Positions 1 to 9,143 of a stretch of DNA of 32,000 nt are shown here, in pieces. This stretch comes from Nanopusillaceae archaeon (GTDB lineage: Archaea; Nanobdellota; Nanobdellia; Nanobdellales; Nanobdellaceae). Made by a program: the position numbers and the translations under genes. The notes below the pieces were generated by a model. It searched no databases. It saw nothing but the letters and a program-made list of their open reading frames with translations, and had not been told where the DNA came from. How positions within the stretch are numbered: the stretch's first letter is position 1; every line of letters starts with the position of its first letter. Location: positions 1 to 32,000 of the forward strand of contig JBMFJD010000010.1 in NCBI GenBank assembly GCA_049974095.1. Direction: 5' to 3'.

Positions 1-229
1 TAATGAAAAAATTTAAGGAAATCTTAGATGATTTAAACGATAATTCAAATAATGAAGATGACTCAACATTTATAATATTTAAAAACCATGATATTAAAAA
101 ATTAGAAGGTTATGGAGATAATTTTTATAGGCTAAGGATTGGGAAATAAGGATTATTTTTCAAATAGATTATGAAAATAAGATTATTAGAATAACAAAGA
201 TAAACTATAGAGGAAGAGTTTATAAGTAA
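1..229 (+). pseudogene. RelE/ParE-family toxin-like gene, disrupted by a 1-nt frameshift (5' end may lie outside the window)
   Basis: The frame starting at 3 reads MKKFKEILDDLNDNSNNEDDSTFIIFKNHDIKKLEGYGDNFYRLRIGK, then TAA at 147-149. The frame starting at 146 continues IRIIFQIDYENKIIRITKINYRGRVYK, with a stop at 227-229. Joined, YRLRIGKIRIIFQIDYENKIIRITKINYRGRVY matches the characteristic C-terminal half of RelE/ParE toxins. One extra A in the AAA run at 144-146 would restore the frame. The window starts with TAATG, the stop/start overlap style seen elsewhere here. Confidence 0.5.
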
Positions 230-250
230 TCTTTTATATTTTTGATTTTG

Positions 251-1615
251 TTAATTTAAATAAGATTTTTTATATAATTCAATTATTTTTAATGAATATT
301 CTTTTAATAGTTCCTGTCTTTCTTTATATTTTTCTTCATTAGAATTTAATAAATCTATTATATTTTCTAAATAATCTATATTATTTGCTTTAACGATTTT
401 TATAAGTTTTTCAAAATCTGGTTTACTGATTTCTATATATCTAAGTAGATCTTCAGGTATTAATTCTTTTAAATATTTGTCCAGTAGAGATGAATCATAA
501 TTATTTCTATTATCACATTCTATATATTCATTATTTTCTTTGCAATGATAATTTATTATTCTACTTTCACTAAAACTATAAATCAAATCTTTTAATGAAT
601 TTAAAATCAATCTTTTCATTTTTTTAACATTTGTTGGAATATAAAATGGAGATCCTATATCAATTAAAATTGATGTATTTTTTTCTTCATCTGGTACATA
701 TTGATAAAATAAAATATCAGAATATACTAATCCTGTATCTAATATATTTTTTAATATTAATTCAATAGAATTCTTTATTCTATATATAAATTCATCTTTT
801 TTAATACTAACAAATATTTTTTCTTCTTTATTAAATTCTTTTTTCCAATCTTTTATTCCTATAATATAAAATTCTGTTGTTGGTTTCTTTACAAAATCTG
901 TTAATACTAAAAAATTCATATAACTATCATTTAAAGCTAAAGGAACATAATAATCTCTATATCCATAAATTATGGAAAAGTTTACAGGAATATCTCTCAT
1001 ATTAAATGGTCTACTTACATATAGAATCTCTGGAAAATTATTTTTCATTATTTTTAATATTGGCAATAATAAAGAAGATGGTAAAACAAAATAATTTTCG
1101 TATTTTAATCTTTTATTTTCTCTTTCTAAAAATTCTTTATCAAATATTTCATCATAATATCTTGTATTTACTAATTTTTTTGAATATTCTTCATCTTTTT
1201 TTAATACTATAGCTTCTGGTAGCTTTGTTCTATTATTCACATAAAAATCATTTCTCCTACTTGCAACCCTTATTTCAAAATCATCTGAAGAATTATCTGG
1301 TTTTTTTAATGATATCATTATCTTTTTTATTTCTTCTCTTTCTTCATTAATATATAAAATATAATCTAATGTCTCTTCTCTTAGTTTTAAACCCATACTT
1401 TTAGCTAATTCTATATCTATTATATCAATGACAGAAGGGTAACCATATATTAGTGGGAAAAGATCTTTTTTCTCTATTGTAGAAGCTTCCCCATTTATAT
1501 TTATTGAAATATAAGAAGCAGAAACATAATCTTCATTTATTAATTTTCTTATATCTTCAAAACAATTTATTTCATCTATTTTATTATTCAATACTTGTAT
1601 ATCGCTAATATACAT
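251..1615 (-). CDS. hypothetical protein, 454 aa, no recognisable motif
   Basis: Long uninterrupted ORF with the K/E/I/N-rich composition typical of cytoplasmic proteins in this window. I recognise no family signature. Confidence 0.6.
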   Translation of the reverse strand: MYISDIQVLNNKIDEINCFEDIRKLINEDYVSASYISININGEASTIEKKDLFPLIYGYPSVIDIIDIELAKSMGLKLREETLDYILYINEEREEIKKIMISLKKPDNSSDDFEIRVASRRNDFYVNNRTKLPEAIVLKKDEEYSKKLVNTRYYDEIFDKEFLERENKRLKYENYFVLPSSLLLPILKIMKNNFPEILYVSRPFNMRDIPVNFSIIYGYRDYYVPLALNDSYMNFLVLTDFVKKPTTEFYIIGIKDWKKEFNKEEKIFVSIKKDEFIYRIKNSIELILKNILDTGLVYSDILFYQYVPDEEKNTSILIDIGSPFYIPTNVKKMKRLILNSLKDLIYSFSESRIINYHCKENNEYIECDNRNNYDSSLLDKYLKELIPEDLLRYIEISKPDFEKLIKIVKANNIDYLENIIDLLNSNEEKYKERQELLKEYSLKIIELYKKSYLN

Positions 1616-1667
1616 AAAATTTAAAATTAAAAGATAGTTCTATAAAATTTCCAATAAAAATATTTTA

Positions 1668-2870
1668 ATGCTAATTGGATTAACAGGTAAGCCAAATGTT
1701 GGAAAATCAACGATGTTTAAGGCAATAACATTACAAGATGTTGCAATAGCAAATTATCCATTTACTACAATTGAACCAAATAAAGGAGTTGGATATGTAA
1801 GGGTAGAAGATGTTGGACCAGAATTTGGAGTTCAATCTAATCCAAGGTATGGATATATTAAAGGAAAATATAGATTTGTACCGATTGAAATAATTGATAT
1901 TGCAGGATTGGTACCCGGAGCACATGAAGGGAGAGGTTTGGGAAATAAATTCTTAGATGATGTAAGACAAGCAGATGCATTAATTCATGTAGTAGATATT
2001 TCTGGATCTACAAATGAAGAAGGACAATATACAGGACCTGGAAATTATGATCCGATAAATGATATACAATGGTATGAAGATGAAATCAATTGGTGGTTTT
2101 TTAATATAATAAAGAAAAATCTGGAAAAAAATATAAATAAGATAAAGTTACAACATTTAGAATTGGATAAAGAATTAGCAAAATTAATTTCTGGATTAAA
2201 TGTAAAACAATATCATATAGAAAAAGCATTTAGAGAATTAAATATTTCTAATGAAGATTATGATATAATAAATGATGATAAGAAATTATTTGAATTATCA
2301 TCAAAAATAAGAAAAATATCAAAACCAATCGTTATTGCAGCTAATAGAGTTGATATAAATATTGATATTGCAAAGAAAAATTTGGAAAGATTAAAAGAAA
2401 AATTTCCTGATAAAATTATTATTCCAACATCAGGTTATGCAGAATTAATATTAAAAGAATTGGATAGACAAGGAAAAATATATTATATACCTGGGGAAGG
2501 AAGTTTTGAAATAAAAGGAGAATTAAATGAAAAAGAAAAGAAAGCATTAGAATTTATTGAAAATAATATATTTAAAGAATTTAAAACAACAGGAGTTCAA
2601 AATTTATTAGATATTACAGTATTTGATGTATTAAAATATGTTGCAGTATTTCCTGGAGGTATTGATTCTTTAGCAGATAAAGAAGGAAGAATATTACCTG
2701 ATTGTTTTCTATTACCTCCAGAAAGTACAGTAATTGATTTTGCAGCAAAAATACATACAGATCTTGCAAAAAATTTTGTAAAGGCAATTGATGTTAGAAC
2801 AAAGAAATTCTTAGGAAGAGATTATGTATTAAAACATAGAGATATAATACAAATAATTGCAAATGCATAA
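1668..2870 (+). CDS. ychF: Obg-like GTPase/ATPase of the YchF/OLA1 type with C-terminal TGS domain
   Basis: G1 motif GLTGKPNVGKST, ANYPFTTIEPNKG (YchF-type switch region), G3 DIAGLVPGAHEG, G4-like AANRVD. The C-terminus AAKIHTDLAKNFVKA...VLKHRDIIQI resembles a TGS domain. Confidence 0.75.
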   Translation: MLIGLTGKPNVGKSTMFKAITLQDVAIANYPFTTIEPNKGVGYVRVEDVGPEFGVQSNPRYGYIKGKYRFVPIEIIDIAGLVPGAHEGRGLGNKFLDDVRQADALIHVVDISGSTNEEGQYTGPGNYDPINDIQWYEDEINWWFFNIIKKNLEKNINKIKLQHLELDKELAKLISGLNVKQYHIEKAFRELNISNEDYDIINDDKKLFELSSKIRKISKPIVIAANRVDINIDIAKKNLERLKEKFPDKIIIPTSGYAELILKELDRQGKIYYIPGEGSFEIKGELNEKEKKALEFIENNIFKEFKTTGVQNLLDITVFDVLKYVAVFPGGIDSLADKEGRILPDCFLLPPESTVIDFAAKIHTDLAKNFVKAIDVRTKKFLGRDYVLKHRDIIQIIANA

Positions 2871-2901
2871 TTTATAAAAATAATTTATAAATATCATTAG
2901 A

Positions 2902-3099
2902 ATGATCGTACCAATTAGATGCTTTACATGTGGAAAACCAATTGGTCATTTATGGGAAAAATATATAGAATTATTAAATCAAGGTAAGTCACAAAAAGAA
3001 GCATTAGATGAATTAGGATTAGAGAGAGCATGTTGTAGGCAAGTATTTTTGGGACATGCACAACAAATAGAAATTATAGCCAAATTAAAGAAGTTTTAA
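2902..3099 (+). CDS. rpoN: DNA-directed RNA polymerase subunit N (Rpo10/RPB10 homologue)
   Basis: 65 aa: MIVPIRCFTCGKPIGHLWEKY...ALDELGLERACCRQVFLGH. It has the canonical PxRCFTCGK zinc motif and the CC-R motif of subunit N. Confidence 0.9.
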   Translation: MIVPIRCFTCGKPIGHLWEKYIELLNQGKSQKEALDELGLERACCRQVFLGHAQQIEIIAKLKKF

Positions 3100-3486
3100 T
3101 TTTTTAATTATTTTTCTTAAACTTAGAGAAAATAGAAAAATACCCCAGAATAATATTAGTGGATTTGGAAATATTCCATAATTTGATGCAACATTTCTTA
3201 CTGCAATATCAATTATATTATTTTGATATAATGTAAATCCGGAATATAAAATTAAGATTGATAAAACAAAAGAAATTATATATCCATATAAATTATCTTT
3301 ATTTATTAAATGTAAAGAAATAATGGAAAAAATAAGAATAATTGATAAAAATATTTCAGCTTCTAAATTTATATATTCTGGAAATATTGATGGATAAAAA
3401 ATAAAAGAAGCTAAATCTAATGATGTTTCTAAAGAAAATAATAATAATAAAATATAAACAGATTCCTTTGTTATATCAATATCCAT
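3085..3486 (-). CDS. small integral membrane protein (about 4 TM segments), function unknown
   Basis: 133-aa ORF made of hydrophobic stretches. It converges on and overlaps the rpoN 3' end by 15 nt. Confidence 0.45.
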   Translation of the reverse strand: MDIDITKESVYILLLLFSLETSLDLASFIFYPSIFPEYINLEAEIFLSIILIFSIISLHLINKDNLYGYIISFVLSILILYSGFTLYQNNIIDIAVRNVASNYGIFPNPLILFWGIFLFSLSLRKIIKKLKLL

Positions 3487-3516
3487 TTCTTTTATTTTTC
3501 AATAAATTTTTTAAAT

Positions 3517-4437
3517 TTAATTTAAATTTAATTGAATTTTTATTTCACAGGCTCTACATATATCTCTTGTAGTAGGATAACCACAAATTTTACATTTCTT
3601 TAATTTTACCTTATTTTTCATTTTATATTCTTCCTTTGCCTTTAATAAAATTGGTAAGAAATTATTAATAAAATTCTCATGGAATTTATTATATTTATTT
3701 TCTACTTCATATAATTTTGCCCTAACAATATCCCTAAATTGTCCTCTAATAAATGGACATTCTCCATATGGTGGTTCCAAATTATTTATAACAGAATATA
3801 ATAAATTTTCCTTTTCCCTATTAAAATAAAATGGTTTTATTCTAGGAATAAAATCTTCCTCAATTATTCCAACAAAAGGTCCTTCTTTTAATAAATCTTT
3901 TAAATTTCCTTCAAAGAAATTCATTAAAATTGTTTGTACTTCATCATTTATATTATGTGCAGTTGCAAATTTATCTAAATTTAAATCCTTTGCAGCTTTC
4001 CACATTAACCATCTTCTCCATACTCCACAAATTGTACATGCTCTATATTTTTTTGTTATTTTTACAGCATTATCTAATCTTATTTTAAAATAATCAGTAA
4101 ATTTATATATTTTAATATTCCAATTATATTTTTGAGCTAATTCTAATAATTTTTTTGTATCTTTATCTCTATATCCTGCAATTCCTTCATCAATATGTAT
4201 TCCATATACTTCTATATTAAAATAATCCTTGTATTTATTTAGAAAATATAACAATGCATTTGAATCTTTTCCTCCAGATACTCCAACTCCAATTCTTTCT
4301 CCAGGTTTAATTAATTTAAATCTTTCAATTGTATTAATTGCTTTTTCTTCAAAATATTTTATAAAATGTTCTTTACAATAATAATTTCCATCACTATCCT
4401 TATATATTGCATTATTATTACAAAAAGAGCATTTCAT
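3517..4437 (-). CDS. PP-loop ATPase, tRNA 2-thiolation enzyme of the TtuA/Ncs6(NcsA) family
   Basis: PP-loop GVGVSGGKDSNALL. N-terminal zinc ribbon CSFC...YYCKEH, C-terminal CKICGYPTTRDICRAC, and central Cys residues (CTICGVWRR, GECPF) as in Fe-S dependent TtuA/Ncs6 enzymes. Confidence 0.75.
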   Translation of the reverse strand: MKCSFCNNNAIYKDSDGNYYCKEHFIKYFEEKAINTIERFKLIKPGERIGVGVSGGKDSNALLYFLNKYKDYFNIEVYGIHIDEGIAGYRDKDTKKLLELAQKYNWNIKIYKFTDYFKIRLDNAVKITKKYRACTICGVWRRWLMWKAAKDLNLDKFATAHNINDEVQTILMNFFEGNLKDLLKEGPFVGIIEEDFIPRIKPFYFNREKENLLYSVINNLEPPYGECPFIRGQFRDIVRAKLYEVENKYNKFHENFINNFLPILLKAKEEYKMKNKVKLKKCKICGYPTTRDICRACEIKIQLNLN

Positions 4438-5450
4438 TTATTTATTTCTCTTATAAAGTAATCTCTTATTGCAGGTACAACATCATAAATAAATTTACTC
4501 TTAACCTTTGTTCTTACTAATAGTTTTGCTTCAACCATTCTTTTTAATATATTAGACAATGAATGTATTGTTGTATCAGAATATCTCTCTTTAAATAACT
4601 TTAATAATTCATTAACTCCTTTTGGTCCATATTTTGTTAATAATTCAATAATGTATCTTTGTTTTTCAGTTAATTTTAATATATCTGTAGGTGGTTTTTT
4701 ATTTTCATATATTTTTTCAATTATTTCTCTATCAATTATATTTTTTCTTTCTCTATATGCAATTAATAATGATTCATATGAATATTTTAATATTTCTCTT
4801 GGTAATCCTCCAGATAAATGATATATTTCTTCAATTGCATCATCTGTAAATAAACCAGGATTTCCTGCTAATTCTAATCTTTTCTTAATTAATAATTTTC
4901 CACTTTCAGGATCTAAAGATTTTAAATATATTTTTGTTAGAATTCTTTCATATAATGTTCTATGTTCTTTTATTAATTTTTCTTCAAATTCTGGTAATCC
5001 TGCTAAAATAAATGTACATTTTGTTTGATCAGATAATATTTTTATCCATTCAATTATATCATTATTAAAAAATGTTGCTTCATCAATAAAAATTATCATT
5101 TCTTTTTTATTTAGATAATCTAATAGATTAAATTGTTTAAATTTATATATTATTTTTTCAAAAAAAGAAAATCCAGCCTTTATATATTTTTCTAATTCTT
5201 CTTTTTCATTAAAAGGTCTATAAATATATATTTTATTCTTTTTATCTAAATTATTAAATGTCCATAATAATAATGTAGTTTTTCCAGCACCTGTAGGGCC
5301 AGAAACTAATATTATCTTTTCTTTATTATTTATTGCATTAATTAATTTTTCTCTTTCTAAATTATATCCTACAAATGTTTCTAAAATTACTTCTAATTTA
5401 AATGGGTTATTTTTTAGATTAAAGAATTTTAACATTTCTTCATTATTCAT
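4434..5450 (-). CDS. AAA-type ATPase (ExeA/AAA_22-like) with C-terminal winged-helix domain
   Basis: N-terminal FNLKNNPF, Walker A SGPTGAGKTTLL, Walker B MIIFIDEA, and FTDDAIEEIYHLSGGLPREI (ExeA-like signature). The C-terminal LTEKQRYIIELL...SNILKRMVEAKLLVR resembles a wHTH. ATGA overlap with the downstream PP-loop gene. Confidence 0.6.
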   Translation of the reverse strand: MNNEEMLKFFNLKNNPFKLEVILETFVGYNLEREKLINAINNKEKIILVSGPTGAGKTTLLLWTFNNLDKKNKIYIYRPFNEKEELEKYIKAGFSFFEKIIYKFKQFNLLDYLNKKEMIIFIDEATFFNNDIIEWIKILSDQTKCTFILAGLPEFEEKLIKEHRTLYERILTKIYLKSLDPESGKLLIKKRLELAGNPGLFTDDAIEEIYHLSGGLPREILKYSYESLLIAYRERKNIIDREIIEKIYENKKPPTDILKLTEKQRYIIELLTKYGPKGVNELLKLFKERYSDTTIHSLSNILKRMVEAKLLVRTKVKSKFIYDVVPAIRDYFIREINK

Positions 5451-5769
5451 CTTAATTTAATCATTGTAAAAAATATTATTAAATATTTTTAAATAAAAAA
5501 ATTCTCTTAATATAAATAAATAAAACAATTTAAAATTTAAATGGATATTGCTATTATATATAAAAAGACATATAAAGATTTTTTATGAAAAGAAAAGATA
5601 AATTAAAAGATATTAAATGAAGAAAAGAAAAATTATGTGAAATGTTGAAATGATATAAAGGTTTTTATATAGATTTTTAATTAAGATATAAATAAAATAT
5701 ACTCAAACTAATAGCTAAATAGTTTAAGATAAATTAATAAAATTTCTTAGAATAAAATATTTTATAAAT

Positions 5770-5842
5770 AGCCCCGTCGTCTAGTGGTCTAGGATGCAGG
5801 GTTTTGGTCCCTGTGACCGGGGTTCGAATCCCCGCGGGGCTA
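5770..5842 (+). tRNA. tRNA-Gln (anticodon UUG), no encoded CCA
   Basis: Manual cloverleaf: acceptor AGCCCCG/CGGGGCU, D arm GUCU-AGUGGUCU-AGGA, anticodon stem CAGGG/CCCUG with loop UUUUGGU (UUG), variable UGAC, T arm CGGGG-UUCGAAU-CCCCG, discriminator A. It is a GC-rich island in AT-rich DNA. Confidence 0.9.
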
Positions 5843-5874
5843 GTTTTATAAATAATCAAAATTTATATTTTGAT

Positions 5875-6495
5875 ATGATCGAATCATTATCTTTAATTTT
5901 ATCTCAAATATTCTCTTATGATTCATTAAAATTACTAGTAATTTTTGTTGTGATAATTATTATAGGATACTTTATTGGTAAATTGGTGGCATTTATATTA
6001 AAAATAATTCTAAATAAAATTTTGGGATTAGATAATTGGTTACATGAAAAAGGAGTATTACAAAATATCTCTCTTACACAAATTTTAATCAATATAATTA
6101 AATTCTTTATATATTTTTACTTTTTTGGTTATGCATTTTATATAATTCCATATTTATCATTCATAGGAAAAATAATATTCCAGATTTTGAATTATCTATT
6201 ATTAATAATTTTGTTAATGATTTTATCATTTGCAATGATGGAAATATTAATAAAATCTTCATTAGAACCTTTATTAGATAATTTAAAATATAAAGAATAT
6301 TTATTAGCATTTATTAAATTTATTGTTTTGTTCTTTGTATTAATTTTAATACTAAGTTATCTTAATTTATTATCTCCAGTACTATTATATCTTTTTGTTA
6401 TATTATTTGTAGGAATTGTAATATCAATATCAATAGCAGTTGGGGTAGCATTAAGTGAAATATTAAAGAAGAAATTTAGAGAAATATTCAAATGA
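5875..6495 (+). CDS. integral membrane protein, function unknown
   Basis: The ORF-track start (5794) lies inside the tRNA gene. The first ATG after the tRNA is at 5875 (MIESLSLILSQ...). The protein is highly hydrophobic with multiple predicted TM helices. Confidence 0.55.
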   Translation: MIESLSLILSQIFSYDSLKLLVIFVVIIIIGYFIGKLVAFILKIILNKILGLDNWLHEKGVLQNISLTQILINIIKFFIYFYFFGYAFYIIPYLSFIGKIIFQILNYLLLIILLMILSFAMMEILIKSSLEPLLDNLKYKEYLLAFIKFIVLFFVLILILSYLNLLSPVLLYLFVILFVGIVISISIAVGVALSEILKKKFREIFK

Positions 6496-7658
6496 ACTAT
6501 AAGGAAAAGATAATATTAATAGCAAATAACTTATTTGGAAGTTTCTTAAATAGTTTATATTTTATTTATCCATCATATTTTAATTTTCCTTCATCAATAT
6601 ATTTTTCTTTAGTTGCAATATCTTATATTTCTTCCCTAATTAGTTCTGTATTTTTTGGAAATTTGAAAATAAATGAAAAAAATTATTTAACTATTTCAAT
6701 GATTGGGGTAATTGGTCCTTTTTTATCAATATTTTTCCTATTAATTCCAAATCCAATTTTATTTATTCTTTCATATTTCTTATTTAATTTTACATATTAT
6801 TCAACATACTTTTCCTTTTTATTATATTATAAAGATGTTCAATTGAATTTTTACTTTAATATTTATTGGACTTTTGGATCAATAATTCTCCAATTTTCTT
6901 CATTAATTTTATCAATTTTTTATAATCTATATTTAGTTGCAATATTATTTTTAATTTCAATTATTATTATTCTTTCAAGGAATATTTATCTATTTTTATT
7001 TACAGAAAAATATGAAATAAATTTACTAGAAAAGATAGATAAATTATTTTCTATAGCAGAAGGTAATATTGAAAAATTTGGATCTTTACATCCATTTTAT
7101 GAAGGATTAATATTTCCAATAAATATAAAGAAAATAAAGATAGGATTTTTAGAATTATATAATTTATTTGTTTTAATAGGTTTTTCATTGATTTGGTCTT
7201 CATTAGTATATTCAGTTAATTTATTCTCTTTATCATTTATTTATCCATCCTTATTATTTATTAATGGTATTTATTCATCAATTTTATATAGAATATATAA
7301 AAGAAGTATTAGTTTCAAGAATATAAAAATTGGAATAATATCTAGGTTATTAATGGGAATTGTTTTATTTATTATAATGATTTTGTTATTATCAAATAAA
7401 ACAATAAGTGCTATAATATTAACATTATTATTTATTTTAGCAGCATTTTCATGGACAATGTTTCAATATTTCTTTGATAATTATATAATAAATTATTATC
7501 CACAAAAGTTTGGAAATATATATTTCTTTAGAAATATAGGAGGAGCAATTGGTTCTTTATTATTATATATTATTTCATTACAATATGGATTAATTATTTC
7601 ATTTTTAATTTTAAGTATTTCAATTTTCTTCTTAAATTATACTTTAAAGGTTAAATAG
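6492..7658 (+). CDS. polytopic membrane protein (possibly a transporter; family not assignable by eye)
   Basis: 388 aa, almost entirely hydrophobic segments (about 10 or more TM). ATGA overlap with the upstream membrane-protein gene. Confidence 0.55.
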   Translation: MNYKEKIILIANNLFGSFLNSLYFIYPSYFNFPSSIYFSLVAISYISSLISSVFFGNLKINEKNYLTISMIGVIGPFLSIFFLLIPNPILFILSYFLFNFTYYSTYFSFLLYYKDVQLNFYFNIYWTFGSIILQFSSLILSIFYNLYLVAILFLISIIIILSRNIYLFLFTEKYEINLLEKIDKLFSIAEGNIEKFGSLHPFYEGLIFPINIKKIKIGFLELYNLFVLIGFSLIWSSLVYSVNLFSLSFIYPSLLFINGIYSSILYRIYKRSISFKNIKIGIISRLLMGIVLFIIMILLLSNKTISAIILTLLFILAAFSWTMFQYFFDNYIINYYPQKFGNIYFFRNIGGAIGSLLLYIISLQYGLIISFLILSISIFFLNYTLKVK

Positions 7659-7670
7659 GAAATATTTTAT

Positions 7671-9113
7671 ATGGAAATAAAATTAAGAAAAATATCTGAA
7701 AATATATATGAAATACCAAAAGAAGATAATATGAATGTACCAGTAAGGATTTATGCTAGTGATAATTTAATAGAAAAAATGAAACAAGATAAAACATTAA
7801 TACAAGGAAGAAATGTAGCAACATTACCTGGAATACAAAAATATGCAGTTATAATGCCTGATGGACATGAAGGTTATGGATTTCCTGTAGGTGGTGTTGC
7901 AGCATTTGATATAAATGAAGGAATAATTTCTCCTGGTGGAATAGGATATGATATAAATTGTGGAGTTAGATTATTAAGAACAAATTTAAAATATGAAGAA
8001 ATTAAACCGAAGTTAAAGCAAATAGTTGATGAAATATTTAGAAATGTTCCTGCTGGTGTTGGAGAAACAGGAAAAATTTTATTATCACCTGGACAATTTA
8101 GAGAAGCTGTAGAGGAAGGATTGGATTGGAGTTATAGAGAAGGATATGCATGGAAAGAAGATTTAAATCATGTAGAATCTTATGGAAGATTAAAGGATGC
8201 ATCAATTGAATATGTATCAGATTTGGCAATAAGAAGAGGAATTGATCAATTGGGAACATTAGGATCTGGAAATCATTTTTTGGAAATACAAGTAGTAGAT
8301 AAAATATTTGATCCTGAAATTGCAAAAATAATGGGAATTGAGGAAGAAGGACAAGTTACAATATTAATACATACAGGATCTAGAGGATTTGGTCATCAAA
8401 TAGCATCAGATTATATTGATTTAGGAATGAAAAAATATAGGGATATAATAAATAAGTTACCAGATAGAGAATTAGTATATTTACCATTTCAATCTGAAGA
8501 TGGACAAAGATACTGGAAATCTATGAGTGCTGCAGCAAATTTTGCATGGAATAATAGACAAATAATAACATATTGGGTAAGAAAGTCATTTGAAAAAGTA
8601 TATAATCATCCTGCAGAAGATATTGGATTAAATGTTATATATGATGTTGCGCATAATATTGCAAAAATTGAGGAACATAAAATAGATGGAAAAAAGAAAA
8701 AAGTAATTGTACATAGAAAAGGTGCTACAAGAGCATTTCCTTCAGGATCTGAAGAATTGGTAGAAGAATATAGAAAAATAGGACAACCTGTATTAATTCC
8801 AGGTTCTATGGGTACTGCATCATATGTTTTATTAGGATTGGATGGATCAATGGAATTATCATTTGGATCTTCAGCACATGGAGCTGGAAGAAATTTATCT
8901 AGAGCTGCTGCTAGAAGACAATTTAATTATGGTAATATAATAAGAAATTTAGAAGAAAAAGGAATATTGGTAAAATCTACAACAAAAGAAGGAGTAGTTG
9001 AAGAAGTACCAGAAGCATATAAAAATGTTGATGAAGTTGCAAAAGTAACACAAGATCTTGGTATTTCAAAAATAATTGTAAGATTAAGACCAATTGCTGT
9101 AATAAAAGGATAG
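7671..9113 (+). CDS. rtcB: RNA-splicing ligase RtcB (3'-phosphate/5'-hydroxyl RNA ligase)
   Basis: PDGHEGYGFPVGGV, GYDINCGVR, GSGNHFLEIQ, HTGSRGFGHQ, SSAHGAGR. All hallmark RtcB metal/GTP/His motifs are present. 480 aa, a normal length with no intein. Confidence 0.95.
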   Translation: MEIKLRKISENIYEIPKEDNMNVPVRIYASDNLIEKMKQDKTLIQGRNVATLPGIQKYAVIMPDGHEGYGFPVGGVAAFDINEGIISPGGIGYDINCGVRLLRTNLKYEEIKPKLKQIVDEIFRNVPAGVGETGKILLSPGQFREAVEEGLDWSYREGYAWKEDLNHVESYGRLKDASIEYVSDLAIRRGIDQLGTLGSGNHFLEIQVVDKIFDPEIAKIMGIEEEGQVTILIHTGSRGFGHQIASDYIDLGMKKYRDIINKLPDRELVYLPFQSEDGQRYWKSMSAAANFAWNNRQIITYWVRKSFEKVYNHPAEDIGLNVIYDVAHNIAKIEEHKIDGKKKKVIVHRKGATRAFPSGSEELVEEYRKIGQPVLIPGSMGTASYVLLGLDGSMELSFGSSAHGAGRNLSRAAARRQFNYGNIIRNLEEKGILVKSTTKEGVVEEVPEAYKNVDEVAKVTQDLGISKIIVRLRPIAVIKG

Positions 9114-9143
9114 GTTTTAATTTATAAAATATAATTATTTTTT

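Noticed and set aside
141-149. Programmed -1 ribosomal frameshift joining the two RelE-like frames
   Set aside because: The zero-frame codons GGG AAA TAA do not form an X XXY YYZ slippery heptamer, and no downstream structure is evident in this AT-rich sequence. A 1-nt deletion or a homopolymer error is simpler.
4434-5769. AAA+/wHTH protein as Orc1/Cdc6, with the adjacent 320-bp AT-rich spacer as a replication origin
   Set aside because: The ATPase looks more ExeA/AAA_22-like (FNLKNNPF, GGLPRE) and is shorter than typical Orc1/Cdc6. I found no ORB-like inverted or direct repeats in the spacer. It is kept only as a low-interest note.
5731-5769. Fixed-distance promoters implying leaderless tRNA transcripts (the RNase P-independent style reported for N. 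equitans), here and at 30151-30183
   Set aside because: Both tRNAs start with a purine and have AT-rich boxes about 25-35 nt upstream. However, everything upstream is AT-rich, so a specific box and its spacing cannot be supported from two examples.
5794-5874. N-terminal extension of the membrane-protein ORF (MQGFGPCDRGSNPRGAS...) given in the ORF track
   Set aside because: These codons are the 3' two-thirds of the tRNA-Gln gene read as protein. The first ATG after the tRNA (5875) is the plausible start.
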